Source: Bacteroidales bacterium | GTDB taxonomy: Bacteria > Bacteroidota > Bacteroidia > Bacteroidales > S143-32 | Reading direction: 5' to 3' | Length of the DNA: 52,980 bases | Assembly (NCBI GenBank): GCA_015489405.1 | Contig: WFZU01000029.1 | Span: 1-52,980 of the forward strand | In this document: piece after piece, positions 27,982 to 37,400 of the stretch | How the letters are laid out: each line of letters begins with the position of its first letter | Numbering within the stretch: position 1 is the stretch's first letter | The notes under the pieces: generated by a model | The model's database searches: none | Told to the model about the DNA's origin: nothing | What the model saw: the letters and a program-made list of their open reading frames with translations, nothing else | Made by a program: the position numbers and the translations under genes

Positions 27982-28632
27982 TTATTTATTCTCTTCCTGA
28001 ATTTTGAAAGCTATACTCAGCAGTCCGCGAAAATCTTTTTCGTGATAATTGACCGCCAAATCTTCCGGATACAATTCTTTCAATTTTGTTACCACTTTCC
28101 CATCCATTTCATTCACATCTCCGTGGCATTTCAGACATACCCCTTTGACAAGCAAGGGTTTGTAATAAATTACATAATCCTCACCATCCAAGGTGCGGAA
28201 ATTAGTAAATGCTTTAATCTCTTTGGTCGCTCCGTAATGATAGTCCACCGTAGCCAAGAGTTGGTCTTCATAAGAGTCCGGTTTATTTTTGGGATTCCGG
28301 TACAATTGGCTGATACGCTTAATGCGAACGTGATATTTATCTTCTATTTTCCGGGTCAGCGGAAGTGCTTGCGTATTACACATTTGAATGGCTGCGACAG
28401 CTCCCCCTTCTTGGAGATTTTTCTTCAACTCCTTTTGCAAAGATTGCAACAAATCCTTACTGATTTTATCCCCCAGTTGCATTATGCTGTCCACTTGCGT
28501 GAAAATCTTTTTGGAAGATTTCTCTTGCTTGCCATTATTTCCGGTCTTTGCCGTTTCTTGATGCGACACGGATGTCCCGCAGGAAGAAAGGAAAAACAAA
28601 GCGATCACCACCCCACATAGAATCTTTTTCAT
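27982..28632 (-). CDS. DUF3365-like periplasmic protein with a c-type heme motif
   Basis: Lipoprotein-type signal (FFLSSCG) and a single CxxCH motif (CLKCHGD). The overall pattern matches DUF3365/Tll0287-like proteins. Confidence 0.65.
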   Translation of the reverse strand: MKKILCGVVIALFFLSSCGTSVSHQETAKTGNNGKQEKSSKKIFTQVDSIMQLGDKISKDLLQSLQKELKKNLQEGGAVAAIQMCNTQALPLTRKIEDKYHVRIKRISQLYRNPKNKPDSYEDQLLATVDYHYGATKEIKAFTNFRTLDGEDYVIYYKPLLVKGVCLKCHGDVNEMDGKVVTKLKELYPEDLAVNYHEKDFRGLLSIAFKIQEENK

Positions 28633-28696
28633 ATATTTCCTATTTCTTTATATTTCAACTATTTACGATGTAATACACCAATCTTTTTAACGGCAG

Positions 28697-28704
28697 CAAA
28701 GCTA
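28697..28704 (-). promoter_or_regulatory. Candidate -7 promoter box (TAGCTTTG) for the DUF3365 gene
   Basis: The reverse complement of CAAAGCTA matches TAnnTTTG, about 65 nt upstream of the ATG at 28632. Confidence 0.35.
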
Positions 28705-28781
28705 CAAATATTTTTATATACAATTTGCAATTTTTTTGTGAGTTTTAACGGACAAAGATGTAAAAAAATGAGGTTGAAAAT

Positions 28782-28859
28782 CTGTCTATAATGTCCAATA
28801 AAACCTTACACTCCTGCTCAACGTAACACATTGACGGGAAGAAACTTTGTTCTGAAAAC
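28782..28859 (-). repeat. Interspersed palindromic repeat, copy D (short deletion variant, inverted)
   Basis: CTGTCTATAATGTCCAATAAAACCTTACACTCCTGCTCAACGTAACACATTGAC...TTTGTTCTGAAAACT. It shares the terminus and the GTAACACATTGAC core but lacks the GCCGAAAT segment. It abuts the stop codon of the TonB-dependent receptor. Confidence 0.65.
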
Positions 28860-30746
28860 TCATTGCTTTCGCTTTCGACCGGAAAAATCAATATCCCAAG
28901 AACAGCGCAATTCATAATAACGCAATGGCATCGGATAGTAGGCTATCCATTGATAGTCCGCATTGAAAAGATTATTAACTTTAAAATATATCCGTAATTT
29001 GTGCCGGTGCAATTGCCACATTTTCGAAATAGATACGTCTGTAACATAGTGAGCAGGAAGAGAATAGCTATTGTCAGTTTTAGTAAAGAATGAAGAAGTA
29101 TAACGGCTTATGAGATGCAAACGGAATCCCCGGAAAGAAAGTACATTGGACAAAGACATTTGCAGCGGAGGGACGTAAGGCATCAGATATTCTTTGTTTT
29201 TGGCGAGCGTATAAGTCGTTTCCATACTCATACGGTAATCCCAACTACCGGACACATAGCGCCCCTCAATATGTGACTCCAAACCGCGGGAAATGACCTT
29301 CCCCAGATTGACCGGTCGCCAAACACCTCCCGAAGGCAACCATACGATACGTTCATCAAATGCGTAATAAAATGCCGTTACGTTCATTGCTATTCTAAAA
29401 CTTTTTCCCGCCTGCGGGCGGAAATTCATACCCAGTTCATAGTTCTTGGACCTTTCCGGCAGCAAGTGCTCGTTGCCCAGCGGCATCCAGTACAAATCGT
29501 TGAATGTAGGAAGGCGGTAATTGGTGGAAAAATGCAATTTCAAACGCAAGGAGTGGGAAATATTGACCGCCGAATTAAAGGAAAACAAGACCGGCGAGCG
29601 GGGCAAAACAAATTCTTTGGAAACCAGCAGGTTAGTTGTCAATCCGGTCGTTTGAATTTTAGCTCCGAGACGGGCGCCCCCTTGCCGTCTGCGAGGCGAA
29701 AGAGCATAATTGTTGCTCGAAGCCCACTCATACGTGTAATACAAGCCCGACAGAAGCGATATATAACGATTAAAAGCCCGGCTGACATTCAGATTATGCT
29801 GCCAAACCTTCGTCTGCATATATGAATCCACGGCCAATTGGGCGATACTGTCCGGATCGGCGTAATGCATCCCCGACCATAGCAAAGAAGATTGAAAACG
29901 CAATTGGAAAGCCTCCTTCAGATAGACATATTTTACAAAAAAACGGCGGTTGATTCCGGACTGCAAAGCATCGTTTGTGCTGCTTGTCAGAGATCCCGGC
30001 ACCTCTGACGCAATGCTGTCCAACCAAATTCCGGATTGGAAATATTGGTGTTCATCAATCCGGTAGCCCATATCTTGGATATAAGATATTTTCCGTTTGG
30101 CAGCGTGCTGCCGCAATCGAAGAATTTCGTGTAAATCGTAATAGGGAAACCTATTTTTATCATTGAATACCTCCAATTGCGAACGGATATAAAACTTTTT
30201 TCCACCCCTCCGGTAATTCAAAGCAGTCCGTACATTTTGAATGCTACTTATGGAAAGATTGCAGCCGAGCCGGTTTTCCGCTTTGAAGAGCGGCTTATTT
30301 GTCAAGAATACACCCCCGCTCATATTACCGGCTCCCAAGATAGCCGCACCGCCTCCTTGCTGCACACTGATTTCGTCAAAGGCACCTGCCGGCAAAGCGG
30401 ATATATCCAACATTCCCAGATTGGGCGAACGAAGCGGAATAGCATTCCAATAAATGACATTCTGATTAGCACCTAAACCTCTGAATCCCAGTGTGGAAAT
30501 AGCTCCCGGTCCATAACTTTTAACAAAGACCGAAGCCGATGTTTGCAAGAGTTCGTCCAGATTGTTTAAAGCATACTCTTGCATACGGATACGGTCAATA
30601 TTTCTAACATCCAATCCTTCCGAAAGCAAGGAAAGAGGAGTGTCCACAATCCGTATTTCGTGCAGGCGGATACTCGTGTCTGCTTCGTTTTGTGCAAAAA
30701 TAATCCAAGGAAAAAGCAAAAAGAATATGCCGGACAGAAGTCTCAT
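28860..30746 (-). CDS. TonB-dependent receptor, BtuB-sized (candidate cobalamin receptor)
   Basis: The ORF track start at 30755 is a TTG, so the ATG at 30746 is preferred (MRLLSGIFFLLFPWIIFAQ). Plug-domain blocks VFVKSYGPGAISTLGFRGLGANQNVIYWNAIPL are present, followed by a 22-strand-sized barrel. It is the last gene of a cobalamin-riboswitch operon. The C-terminus continues 7 aa (SGRKRKQ) past the usual terminal Phe. Confidence 0.8.
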   Translation of the reverse strand: MRLLSGIFFLLFPWIIFAQNEADTSIRLHEIRIVDTPLSLLSEGLDVRNIDRIRMQEYALNNLDELLQTSASVFVKSYGPGAISTLGFRGLGANQNVIYWNAIPLRSPNLGMLDISALPAGAFDEISVQQGGGAAILGAGNMSGGVFLTNKPLFKAENRLGCNLSISSIQNVRTALNYRRGGKKFYIRSQLEVFNDKNRFPYYDLHEILRLRQHAAKRKISYIQDMGYRIDEHQYFQSGIWLDSIASEVPGSLTSSTNDALQSGINRRFFVKYVYLKEAFQLRFQSSLLWSGMHYADPDSIAQLAVDSYMQTKVWQHNLNVSRAFNRYISLLSGLYYTYEWASSNNYALSPRRRQGGARLGAKIQTTGLTTNLLVSKEFVLPRSPVLFSFNSAVNISHSLRLKLHFSTNYRLPTFNDLYWMPLGNEHLLPERSKNYELGMNFRPQAGKSFRIAMNVTAFYYAFDERIVWLPSGGVWRPVNLGKVISRGLESHIEGRYVSGSWDYRMSMETTYTLAKNKEYLMPYVPPLQMSLSNVLSFRGFRLHLISRYTSSFFTKTDNSYSLPAHYVTDVSISKMWQLHRHKLRIYFKVNNLFNADYQWIAYYPMPLRYYELRCSWDIDFSGRKRKQ

Positions 30747-30751
30747 GGGAC

Positions 30752-31735
30752 TCAATATTTAAGCAATTTTATTGCGGTCTGCTTTTCACCGGAGAGTTTC
30801 AAGAAATATACGCCCGGAGACAAATAATGCAGATCTGTACGGCTGCCATTCGTAAGCATCAGCTCTTGCAACGAATTTCCGCTAACATCATAAAGGCGAG
30901 CCTTATACATTTCCCCGCCGGGCAAATAAAAACGTACAAAATCTTTCACAGGATTGGGCACCAAGGAAATCTCCGGCATAGTGCTCTCTCCCACCGCCGC
31001 ATTGTTTACATCGTGAATGACGCCCAAGGCATCTAAATCAAAGCCTCCTCCGGGGAAGGGAGTCGGAAAGGGATCGTTCACAATATTTCCTTGACTGTCA
31101 TAAGTGGCATAAGCACTGTCTATGGAACCGACCACATCCACGATAGCCACATCCGTGATATGCATCACATCCAAATCTTCCAAACCTTGCATTTCTTGTA
31201 AGTCAAAAGGAGTGCCGAAAAGCATACGGTATTTTCCCGCAAGATTATGTAGCAATGTGGCATCCAAGGTGTCAAATGTACCTACCTGGGTATTCGTCGG
31301 CGTCAGGGAGACCGACGGGAAACGAAAAAAATGTTCCCCGTCCGAACTCACTTCCACAAAAGCCAATTCCAAAAAACTATCACTAAATCCATTCTCAAAA
31401 ACAGCAAAATCAAAGCCTTCTCCGTCAGCCAGCGGGGGCTCAAAATGAAACAGGGCACGCCCTCCGTCTCCCAGACTCAACACGCTACCGTCCGCTTGTC
31501 CCAAGGCATCTTCCGGCTCTCCGTAACTCACAAGTCCCAGCGTGGTATCGGCAATATTTTGCCAAGAGGGAAAATATTGGCACTCGTCCGCCCAACGGAC
31601 AAAGACATTACTGTCTGCGGCAATGGCAGTAGAGCCTTCCTGCCCCGCCGGAGGAGCAAATTGCCCGGAGATGCTTTGCCCCCAAGAGAGCAAAGCAATC
31701 AGGCAAAGATGCATTATATATCTCCTTAACATCAC
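30752..31735 (-). CDS. T9SS C-terminal-sorting-domain protein, unknown N-terminal domain
   Basis: Signal peptide, then about 240 aa with no motif I recognise (FAVFENGFSDSFLELAFVEVSSDG). The C-terminus is a typical type A Por sorting domain (SLVPNPVKDFVRFYL...LSPGVYFLKLSGEKQTAIKLLKY). Confidence 0.75.
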   Translation of the reverse strand: MMLRRYIMHLCLIALLSWGQSISGQFAPPAGQEGSTAIAADSNVFVRWADECQYFPSWQNIADTTLGLVSYGEPEDALGQADGSVLSLGDGGRALFHFEPPLADGEGFDFAVFENGFSDSFLELAFVEVSSDGEHFFRFPSVSLTPTNTQVGTFDTLDATLLHNLAGKYRMLFGTPFDLQEMQGLEDLDVMHITDVAIVDVVGSIDSAYATYDSQGNIVNDPFPTPFPGGGFDLDALGVIHDVNNAAVGESTMPEISLVPNPVKDFVRFYLPGGEMYKARLYDVSGNSLQELMLTNGSRTDLHYLSPGVYFLKLSGEKQTAIKLLKY

Positions 31736-31758
31736 TGTTTTTGTATAAAGAGTAAAAG

Positions 31759-33420
31759 CTATTGTTTTATAAATTTACGGCTAATGTTTCCTGCGGAAGA
31801 ATAAATTTTGAGGAAATATACCCCGGGGCGTAAAGAAGACAGCGACAAGACGGCGAAGTCTGAGTCCGGCATTTCCATGCGAACACGTTCTCCTTGCAAG
31901 GAATATATTTCAATTTTTTGCATGTCTATACCACTGATTTTAAGCTGATTGACAACCGGATTGGGATATAATTCCACCTTTACGGAAGTTTCTGCAATGC
32001 CATTGGGGTCTAAGGCTGCTACGGGCACCTGCGGAGCTGTCGCCGGATTGAAGTCCGTCATCGAACATCCGAACCACGCACCATCCTCCAACTCCGTTGA
32101 GATTCCCATATTCATTGCCCAGTCCGGCGTACTCTCTCCGGACCAAGTGGACCAATACAAACCTGCTTGGCTTCCCGCATGCGTAAACGTTGCGGATTCA
32201 TACGCCAGCGATGAGAGAAAACCACCACTCATATCTGCTGAAAGACGTTCATCTGCATTCACAATTTCATTGATCATATCTTCGGCGGTTGCCGTGCCGT
32301 CCCAACGGTATCCCCAAGCCAAGGCTTCCGGCTCCACGCCATCGTTCCAATCCACGACAAAGAGCGCTTGTTTGCTACCACTTCCAACCCAATATTGGAC
32401 ATCGTCGAAAGTGAAGTCCGCACGAATATCCAACAGCAATGCTTCGGTAGAGATACCCGCCTCAAAACTGCCGATATTTTCGCCTGCGGCGGAATAAATA
32501 AAGCCATCACCGGAGGACATATAATCTGTTTCCGCTACATAGAAACGCTCGTTCAACGAATCATAGACAGCAGCGGAAATGCCCGAAGTAGCCGGCGCCA
32601 CAATATTTTCATCCGTTACGCTTTGACCGGACAAATCGAAAGAAGCGATATTTCCATCCAACAACAGGTAAAGCGTATTTTGGTGTCTGTCCAATCCCTT
32701 TCCGACGACGTGGGACAAGACGGTGGTCGTTGCTTCTGCGGTCGTAGGATCATACGTACTGATAGAACCGGTCGAAGCGCCCCAGGGAGTACGGTTGACC
32801 GAATAGATTTTTCCGTCATAGACGAACAAATCAAAAATGCCTACTGCATCCGTTCCCAGATTATCTTCGCGCACCAATTGATAGTTGTTATCGATGACAG
32901 CCAATTTTCCTTCGGTTCCTGCCCAGCCGCCATTCACGGCGACATAGAGCGTATCGCCTGCCATAACCAGATCAGCCGCATCGCCCGACATTCCTTCGAC
33001 ATCTGCCACCCAGGAAAGTCCGGACGTTTCAAACACCCGTACATATACTCCATCTTCGGGGCTTATCCAGCGGCTGGCATACAATTTTCCGTTATCAACA
33101 AGCAATTGGTTCACATTGCTGCAAGCCACTATCGCCAAACGTTCTTTTGTATCCACATCATATTTGGCAATAGAATCCTGAGCCGCCACATACAGATTGG
33201 AACCCTCCAAGACCATATCTTGAATGGACTCCGTATTCACGCCTCCGAAAACGACCGTCGTATCTTGCACAGGCTGATATGCCGCAAGGCTAAGGTGATC
33301 GTCCGGATTTCCATAGACTCCGCCGGAACCGATCAACAACTGATTGACAAATTGCTGTGCATGGCTTTGCATACTTACCGCAAATATTAACACCAGGATA
33401 AACAAGTAATTTTTTTTCAT
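31759..33420 (-). CDS. T9SS C-terminal-sorting-domain protein: repetitive beta-propeller-like N-terminal region plus a Trp-rich middle domain
   Basis: Signal peptide MKKNYLFILVLIFAVSMQSHAQ. Repeated LYVA/YVAV/IYSV strand motifs spaced about 40-50 aa apart suggest a propeller. The middle domain reads WGYRWDG...LYWSTWSGE...LEDGAWFGCSM. The C-terminal Por sorting domain is VELYPNPVVNQLKI...LRPGVYFLKIYS. It is the first gene after the cobalamin riboswitch. Confidence 0.75.
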   Translation of the reverse strand: MKKNYLFILVLIFAVSMQSHAQQFVNQLLIGSGGVYGNPDDHLSLAAYQPVQDTTVVFGGVNTESIQDMVLEGSNLYVAAQDSIAKYDVDTKERLAIVACSNVNQLLVDNGKLYASRWISPEDGVYVRVFETSGLSWVADVEGMSGDAADLVMAGDTLYVAVNGGWAGTEGKLAVIDNNYQLVREDNLGTDAVGIFDLFVYDGKIYSVNRTPWGASTGSISTYDPTTAEATTTVLSHVVGKGLDRHQNTLYLLLDGNIASFDLSGQSVTDENIVAPATSGISAAVYDSLNERFYVAETDYMSSGDGFIYSAAGENIGSFEAGISTEALLLDIRADFTFDDVQYWVGSGSKQALFVVDWNDGVEPEALAWGYRWDGTATAEDMINEIVNADERLSADMSGGFLSSLAYESATFTHAGSQAGLYWSTWSGESTPDWAMNMGISTELEDGAWFGCSMTDFNPATAPQVPVAALDPNGIAETSVKVELYPNPVVNQLKISGIDMQKIEIYSLQGERVRMEMPDSDFAVLSLSSLRPGVYFLKIYSSAGNISRKFIKQ

Positions 33421-33679
33421 ACAACTAATTTTTTAAATTTCTATTTAATTCCTACTTCGTTCTCTAATCACATTTTTACGTGTATTCGCCGGCGAAAATT
33501 CCGGAGCAAAAATATCACCTATCCAACATTACGGTAGCTTATCATCCGAGAATCCCCGGAGGCAAATCTTCACAAACTACACACGCCCATAAAATCAATA
33601 AAAAAACTCACAAGGCAAACAAAATAAAACGCTAAGAGCATCCAATTTCAACTTTTCACCCGAAAGTTTTGAAATTTAC

Positions 33680-33845
33680 ACTTCTGGCAGGTCTTCTGAC
33701 TTTCCTCGATGTTGCCGGTGCCTTCCCATCCTCTATTCCGGACAGTGGCGTGGAAAACAACACTTTTTATACGAGGTACACAGCAGCGGGTACTGTTGCC
33801 GATTTTCACGGCATTCCCATTTTAAGCAGCATGCACCAAAAATGT
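33680..33845 (-). promoter_or_regulatory. Cobalamin (B12) riboswitch
   Basis: The minus strand reads GGTGCATGCTGCTTAAAATGGGAATGCCGTGAAAATCGGCAACAGTACCCGCTGCTGT...CACGCCACTGTCCGGAATAGAGGATGGGAAGGCACCGG...GAAAGTCAGAAGACCTGCCAG. These are the conserved AAnnGGGAA, GTGAAAATC, CCCGC-GCTGT, B12-box GCCACTG...GGGAAGGC and AGTCAGnAGACCTGCC elements of the cobalamin riboswitch, in the right order and spacing. Confidence 0.9.
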
Positions 33846-33849
33846 ACGG

Positions 33850-33857
33850 CAAAAGTA
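33850..33857 (-). promoter_or_regulatory. Candidate -7 promoter box (TACTTTTG) driving the riboswitch operon
   Basis: The reverse complement of CAAAAGTA matches TAnnTTTG and lies immediately upstream of the riboswitch 5' end. Confidence 0.5.
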
Positions 33858-33942
33858 ATTCTTTTTTCAAAAAAACAAATACTTTTGTAAAAATTTATTT
33901 GGCTAACAGCCGGAATAATAAACGTATAAAAAATTTAGCTTT

Positions 33943-34209
33943 ATGGAAATACAAAACACCGGGAAGTTCCGGCTGATCATCGAAGGAGAAGAAGCCGTAT
34001 GTGAATATTACTTCAAGGATCATCAAACTATGGTTTTCCCTCACACCTTCGTGCCTCCGGCGCATCGAGGCAGAGGAATTGCATCGAAATTGATAAAGGC
34101 GGCAATGGAATTTGCCAAAGCAAATAACTTCGTTATCGTTCCCCTCTGTTCCGCCGTAGTAGCCTATGTCCAACGGCATCCCGAATATCAAATTTTGTTG
34201 AAAAAATAG
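33943..34209 (+). CDS. Small GNAT-family N-acetyltransferase (YjdJ-like, 88 aa)
   Basis: HTFVPPAHRGRGIASKLIKAAMEFAKANNFVIVPLCSAV matches the acetyl-CoA binding R-x-x-G-x-G/A motif and the single-domain YjdJ-type architecture. The stop codon TAG lies inside the terminus of repeat copy E. Confidence 0.75.
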   Translation: MEIQNTGKFRLIIEGEEAVCEYYFKDHQTMVFPHTFVPPAHRGRGIASKLIKAAMEFAKANNFVIVPLCSAVVAYVQRHPEYQILLKK

Positions 34210-34353
34210 AGCTTGTCTATAATGTTCAAGAACAAGGCTTACGAAATACTCAAAACCAAGGAGTTGACATTTGTCAATGCGATGTATTGAGCCCGCCGAA
34301 ATAAGGTTTTGAGTATGAGCGTAACGCAGAAGTCGGACACTATAGACAAGCTC
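34206..34353 (+). repeat. Interspersed palindromic repeat, copy E (compact complete copy)
   Basis: Terminal inverted repeats are GAGCTTGTCTATAATG and CACTATAGACAAGCTC. The internal inverted repeat is TACTCAAAACC / GGTTTTGAGTA. There is a central TTGAC-ATT-TGTCAA palindrome and the core ATGCGATGTATTGAGCCCGCCGAAATAAGG. Confidence 0.9.
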
Positions 34354-34445
34354 AAAATAAGCATCTGTGTTTATTTTGCCGGTGCTATAATATTTTGCCA
34401 AAAACGGCGTTGAAGAGATAGTAAAATATAATTCGGACTATTATT

Positions 34446-37400
34446 ATGAAGAAACTGATTATTCTCAATTTTGTTTTTCTTTTCTGTGCATCCGTTTCAT
34501 TAGTACAAGCACAACGCTATTCCGTACAATTGAAGTGGAATACCATCCAAATAGACAGGGCAAACGGCACCCCGCAAAAAATACTGAGCTTTCAAGATGC
34601 TTCCTACGAAGAAGGCTCTGATCTTCCGGTATTTTACAAGCGTATTCCGGTCGCTCCCGGACTTCGTTACCAAGCCGATATCACACATATCCGCTACGAA
34701 CCTGTCTTTGACGAGTCTATGCTCTCAAAATTGAAGGATAAGGCGAAGAATCAACTTGCGGTCAAAACCTACACCGCCCAAGCCGGCAAGGAGACCTTTC
34801 TTATCGTGGAATTTCTTCCTTTCGTAAAGGACCCTGCCAGCGGTTTTATCAACAAAGTTGTTTCCTTTGATATTCGTCTCCGGTCAAAAGGCGCAAAAGA
34901 CCTGCAAAAAGGCAAGAAATATGCAGAAAATTCGGTTCTTGCGCAAGGCGATTGGTACAAAATATCGGTAAACAACACCGGCATCTATAAATTGACTTAT
35001 TCCGATTTGCAATCTTTGGGAATAGCGGTGAGCAGTATCAATCCGCAACAGTTGAAAATCTACGGGAACGGGGGCGGAATGCTACCGGAGGATATTACGG
35101 CACCGAGATATGACGACTTGCAAGAGAACGCTATTTACGTTTACGGTGAAGAGGATGGCGTTTTTAATGAAGGAGACTACATTTTGTTTTACGGCAAGGG
35201 ACCCGACACTGAAATGTATTCGTTAGACGGGAATTTCAGCTATCAAAAAAATATCTATACCGGTGAGGTTGATTATTTTATCACCGTCAGTGAGGGAGCC
35301 GGCAAACGCATCGGCATTCAAGCACAAAGCACGGCCGCGGCTACATACACCGTAAACAGCTACGACTATCTCTATCATCACGAATCGGAAGAATACAATC
35401 TTAACCGTTCCGGAAAGATGTGGGTAGGAGAAAAATTTGATTTTACGACCTCCTATGAGTTCCCCATTGACATTCCCAATCTTGATCTTAATAGCCCCGT
35501 GGAATTGAAATTCAATCTGGCAGCACAATCCAAAACGGTCAGTCAATTCAGTTTCTACATCAACAACTCTTTTTTAACGTCCAAAACGGTCTCTAAACTA
35601 CCCGGCGGTGCCTTTGGCGATGTCGGAACTATTGCCAGCGGCACCAAAACGTTCGATGCTCCGGGCAACAATTTTACACTGAAAATAGAATATATTAAAC
35701 CCCTCTCCACTTCCGTCGGTTATTTGGACTTCTTCTCGCTCAAAACTATCTGTCATCTGCAATTCGGGAGCGGACAACTTCCGTTTCGCAGTATTGCCGG
35801 CGTGGGCGAAGGAAATGTCAGCCAATTTGAAATCAGCACCGCAAATCCGGACTTGCGCATTTGGGATGTAAGCGATCCGCTTAATGTTCAACAGCAAGAT
35901 TTTAACTTTGCCGGCGGGAAAGCTCAATTTAAACTTGCCACCAATCATTTACATGAGTTTGTAGCTTTTGACGGGAGCGCTTTCCTGCAAGCGGGGCTTA
36001 TCGGAAATGTCCCCAATCAAAATTTGCATGCCGTTAGGGACAAGAATATGATCATCATCAGCTATCCTGATTTTGTCAATCAAGCAGAACGTCTGGCAAA
36101 TTTCCATGCTACAAAAGACAATTTTAGTACGGCTATCGTTACACCGCAACAAATCTACAACGAATTTAGCAATGGCGTACAAGACGTTACCGCTATCCGT
36201 GATTTCTTGAAGATGGTGTTTGATAATTCCATTTCCGGCACTCCCCTGCAATACGTCCTCCTTTTCGGAGATGCTTCTTATGATTACAAAGGCATCCTTT
36301 ATCCCCATGCAAATCTCGTACCCGTCTGGGAAAACGCCGACAGTCCGATGAGTCAAACCGTCTCCTACGCTACGGATGATTTCTTTGCCCAACTAACAGA
36401 CGATGACTTGCTGGATATATCCTTGGGACGCTTCCCTGTCAATACGCCGGATGAAGCAAAAGATGCGGTGGATAAAACTTTTAACTACGTCAATAAAAGC
36501 AAAGAGGTCTTCGGAGACTGGCGCAACGTATCTTGTCTCATAGCCGATGATGAAGAAGGTGGTTTGTTTGTCAACCAATGCGAAGAATTAGCGGATATTA
36601 TTGCCCAAAAAGACAGCACTATCAATATCGATAAGATCTATTTGGATGCCTACCAACAAGAAGCAACTCCTTCCGGACAACGTTATAAAGACGTAGAAGA
36701 CGCTATTAGCCGGAGGCTCAGTAAAGGAACCCTCATCCTAAACTATGTAGGACACGGAGGGGAAGCCGGATGGGCACATGAAAGGATTGTCAAAATCAGT
36801 GATATTGCCAACTGGGACAATACCTACCGGCTCCCTCTCTTTATCACGGCTACTTGCGAACTGACCCGTTTTGACAATCCCGGAAGACTTTCCGCCGGAG
36901 AATTGATGTTTACCAATCCTAAAGGTGGCGCCATTGCCCTTTATACGACCACGCGTCCTACTTTCGGCGGTGCCAATCACGCGTTGAGTAAAAGAATATA
37001 CACCAACGCATTACAAAAGTTTGATGGAGAACAACTTAGTATGGGAGAGGTATTGCGCAAATCCAAAAACAATACCAAGAAAGGAATCAATAGTTTCAAG
37101 TATGTTTTTGTCGGAGATCCGGCTATCAAACTGGCTCTTCCCGGACAAAAGGTAAATGTTACGGAAGTCTCGGTGGACACTATCAAAGCCCTTGCCTATG
37201 TGCAAATTCACGGCAATGTGAGCAACGAAGCGGGAGATGTTTTTAATGATTTCAACGGGGAAGCAGACATTAAAGTTTTTGACAAATTTGTCAATTACAA
37301 AACCTTGGGCAATGACCCCAACAGTCCTATTGAAACTTTCCAAGAACAAGACCACGTAATTTACAATGGAAAAGCCAGTGTCATCAATGGAAAATGGCAA

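Noticed and set aside
33669-33890. 73-aa plus-strand ORF in the GNAT / T9SS-operon intergenic region
   Set aside because: It lies exactly antisense over the cobalamin riboswitch. The riboswitch motifs explain the sequence conservation, and the ORF has no start context or recognisable protein features.
34270-34308. Conserved mini-ORF inside the repeat core (MRCIELAEIKF* or MCYIELAEMKF*)
   Set aside because: It is only 10-11 codons, with no ribosome-binding or promoter context. Copy E carries Leu-to-Pro and Lys-to-Arg changes. The segment is entirely deleted in the short variants. The sequence is better explained by the hairpin arms.
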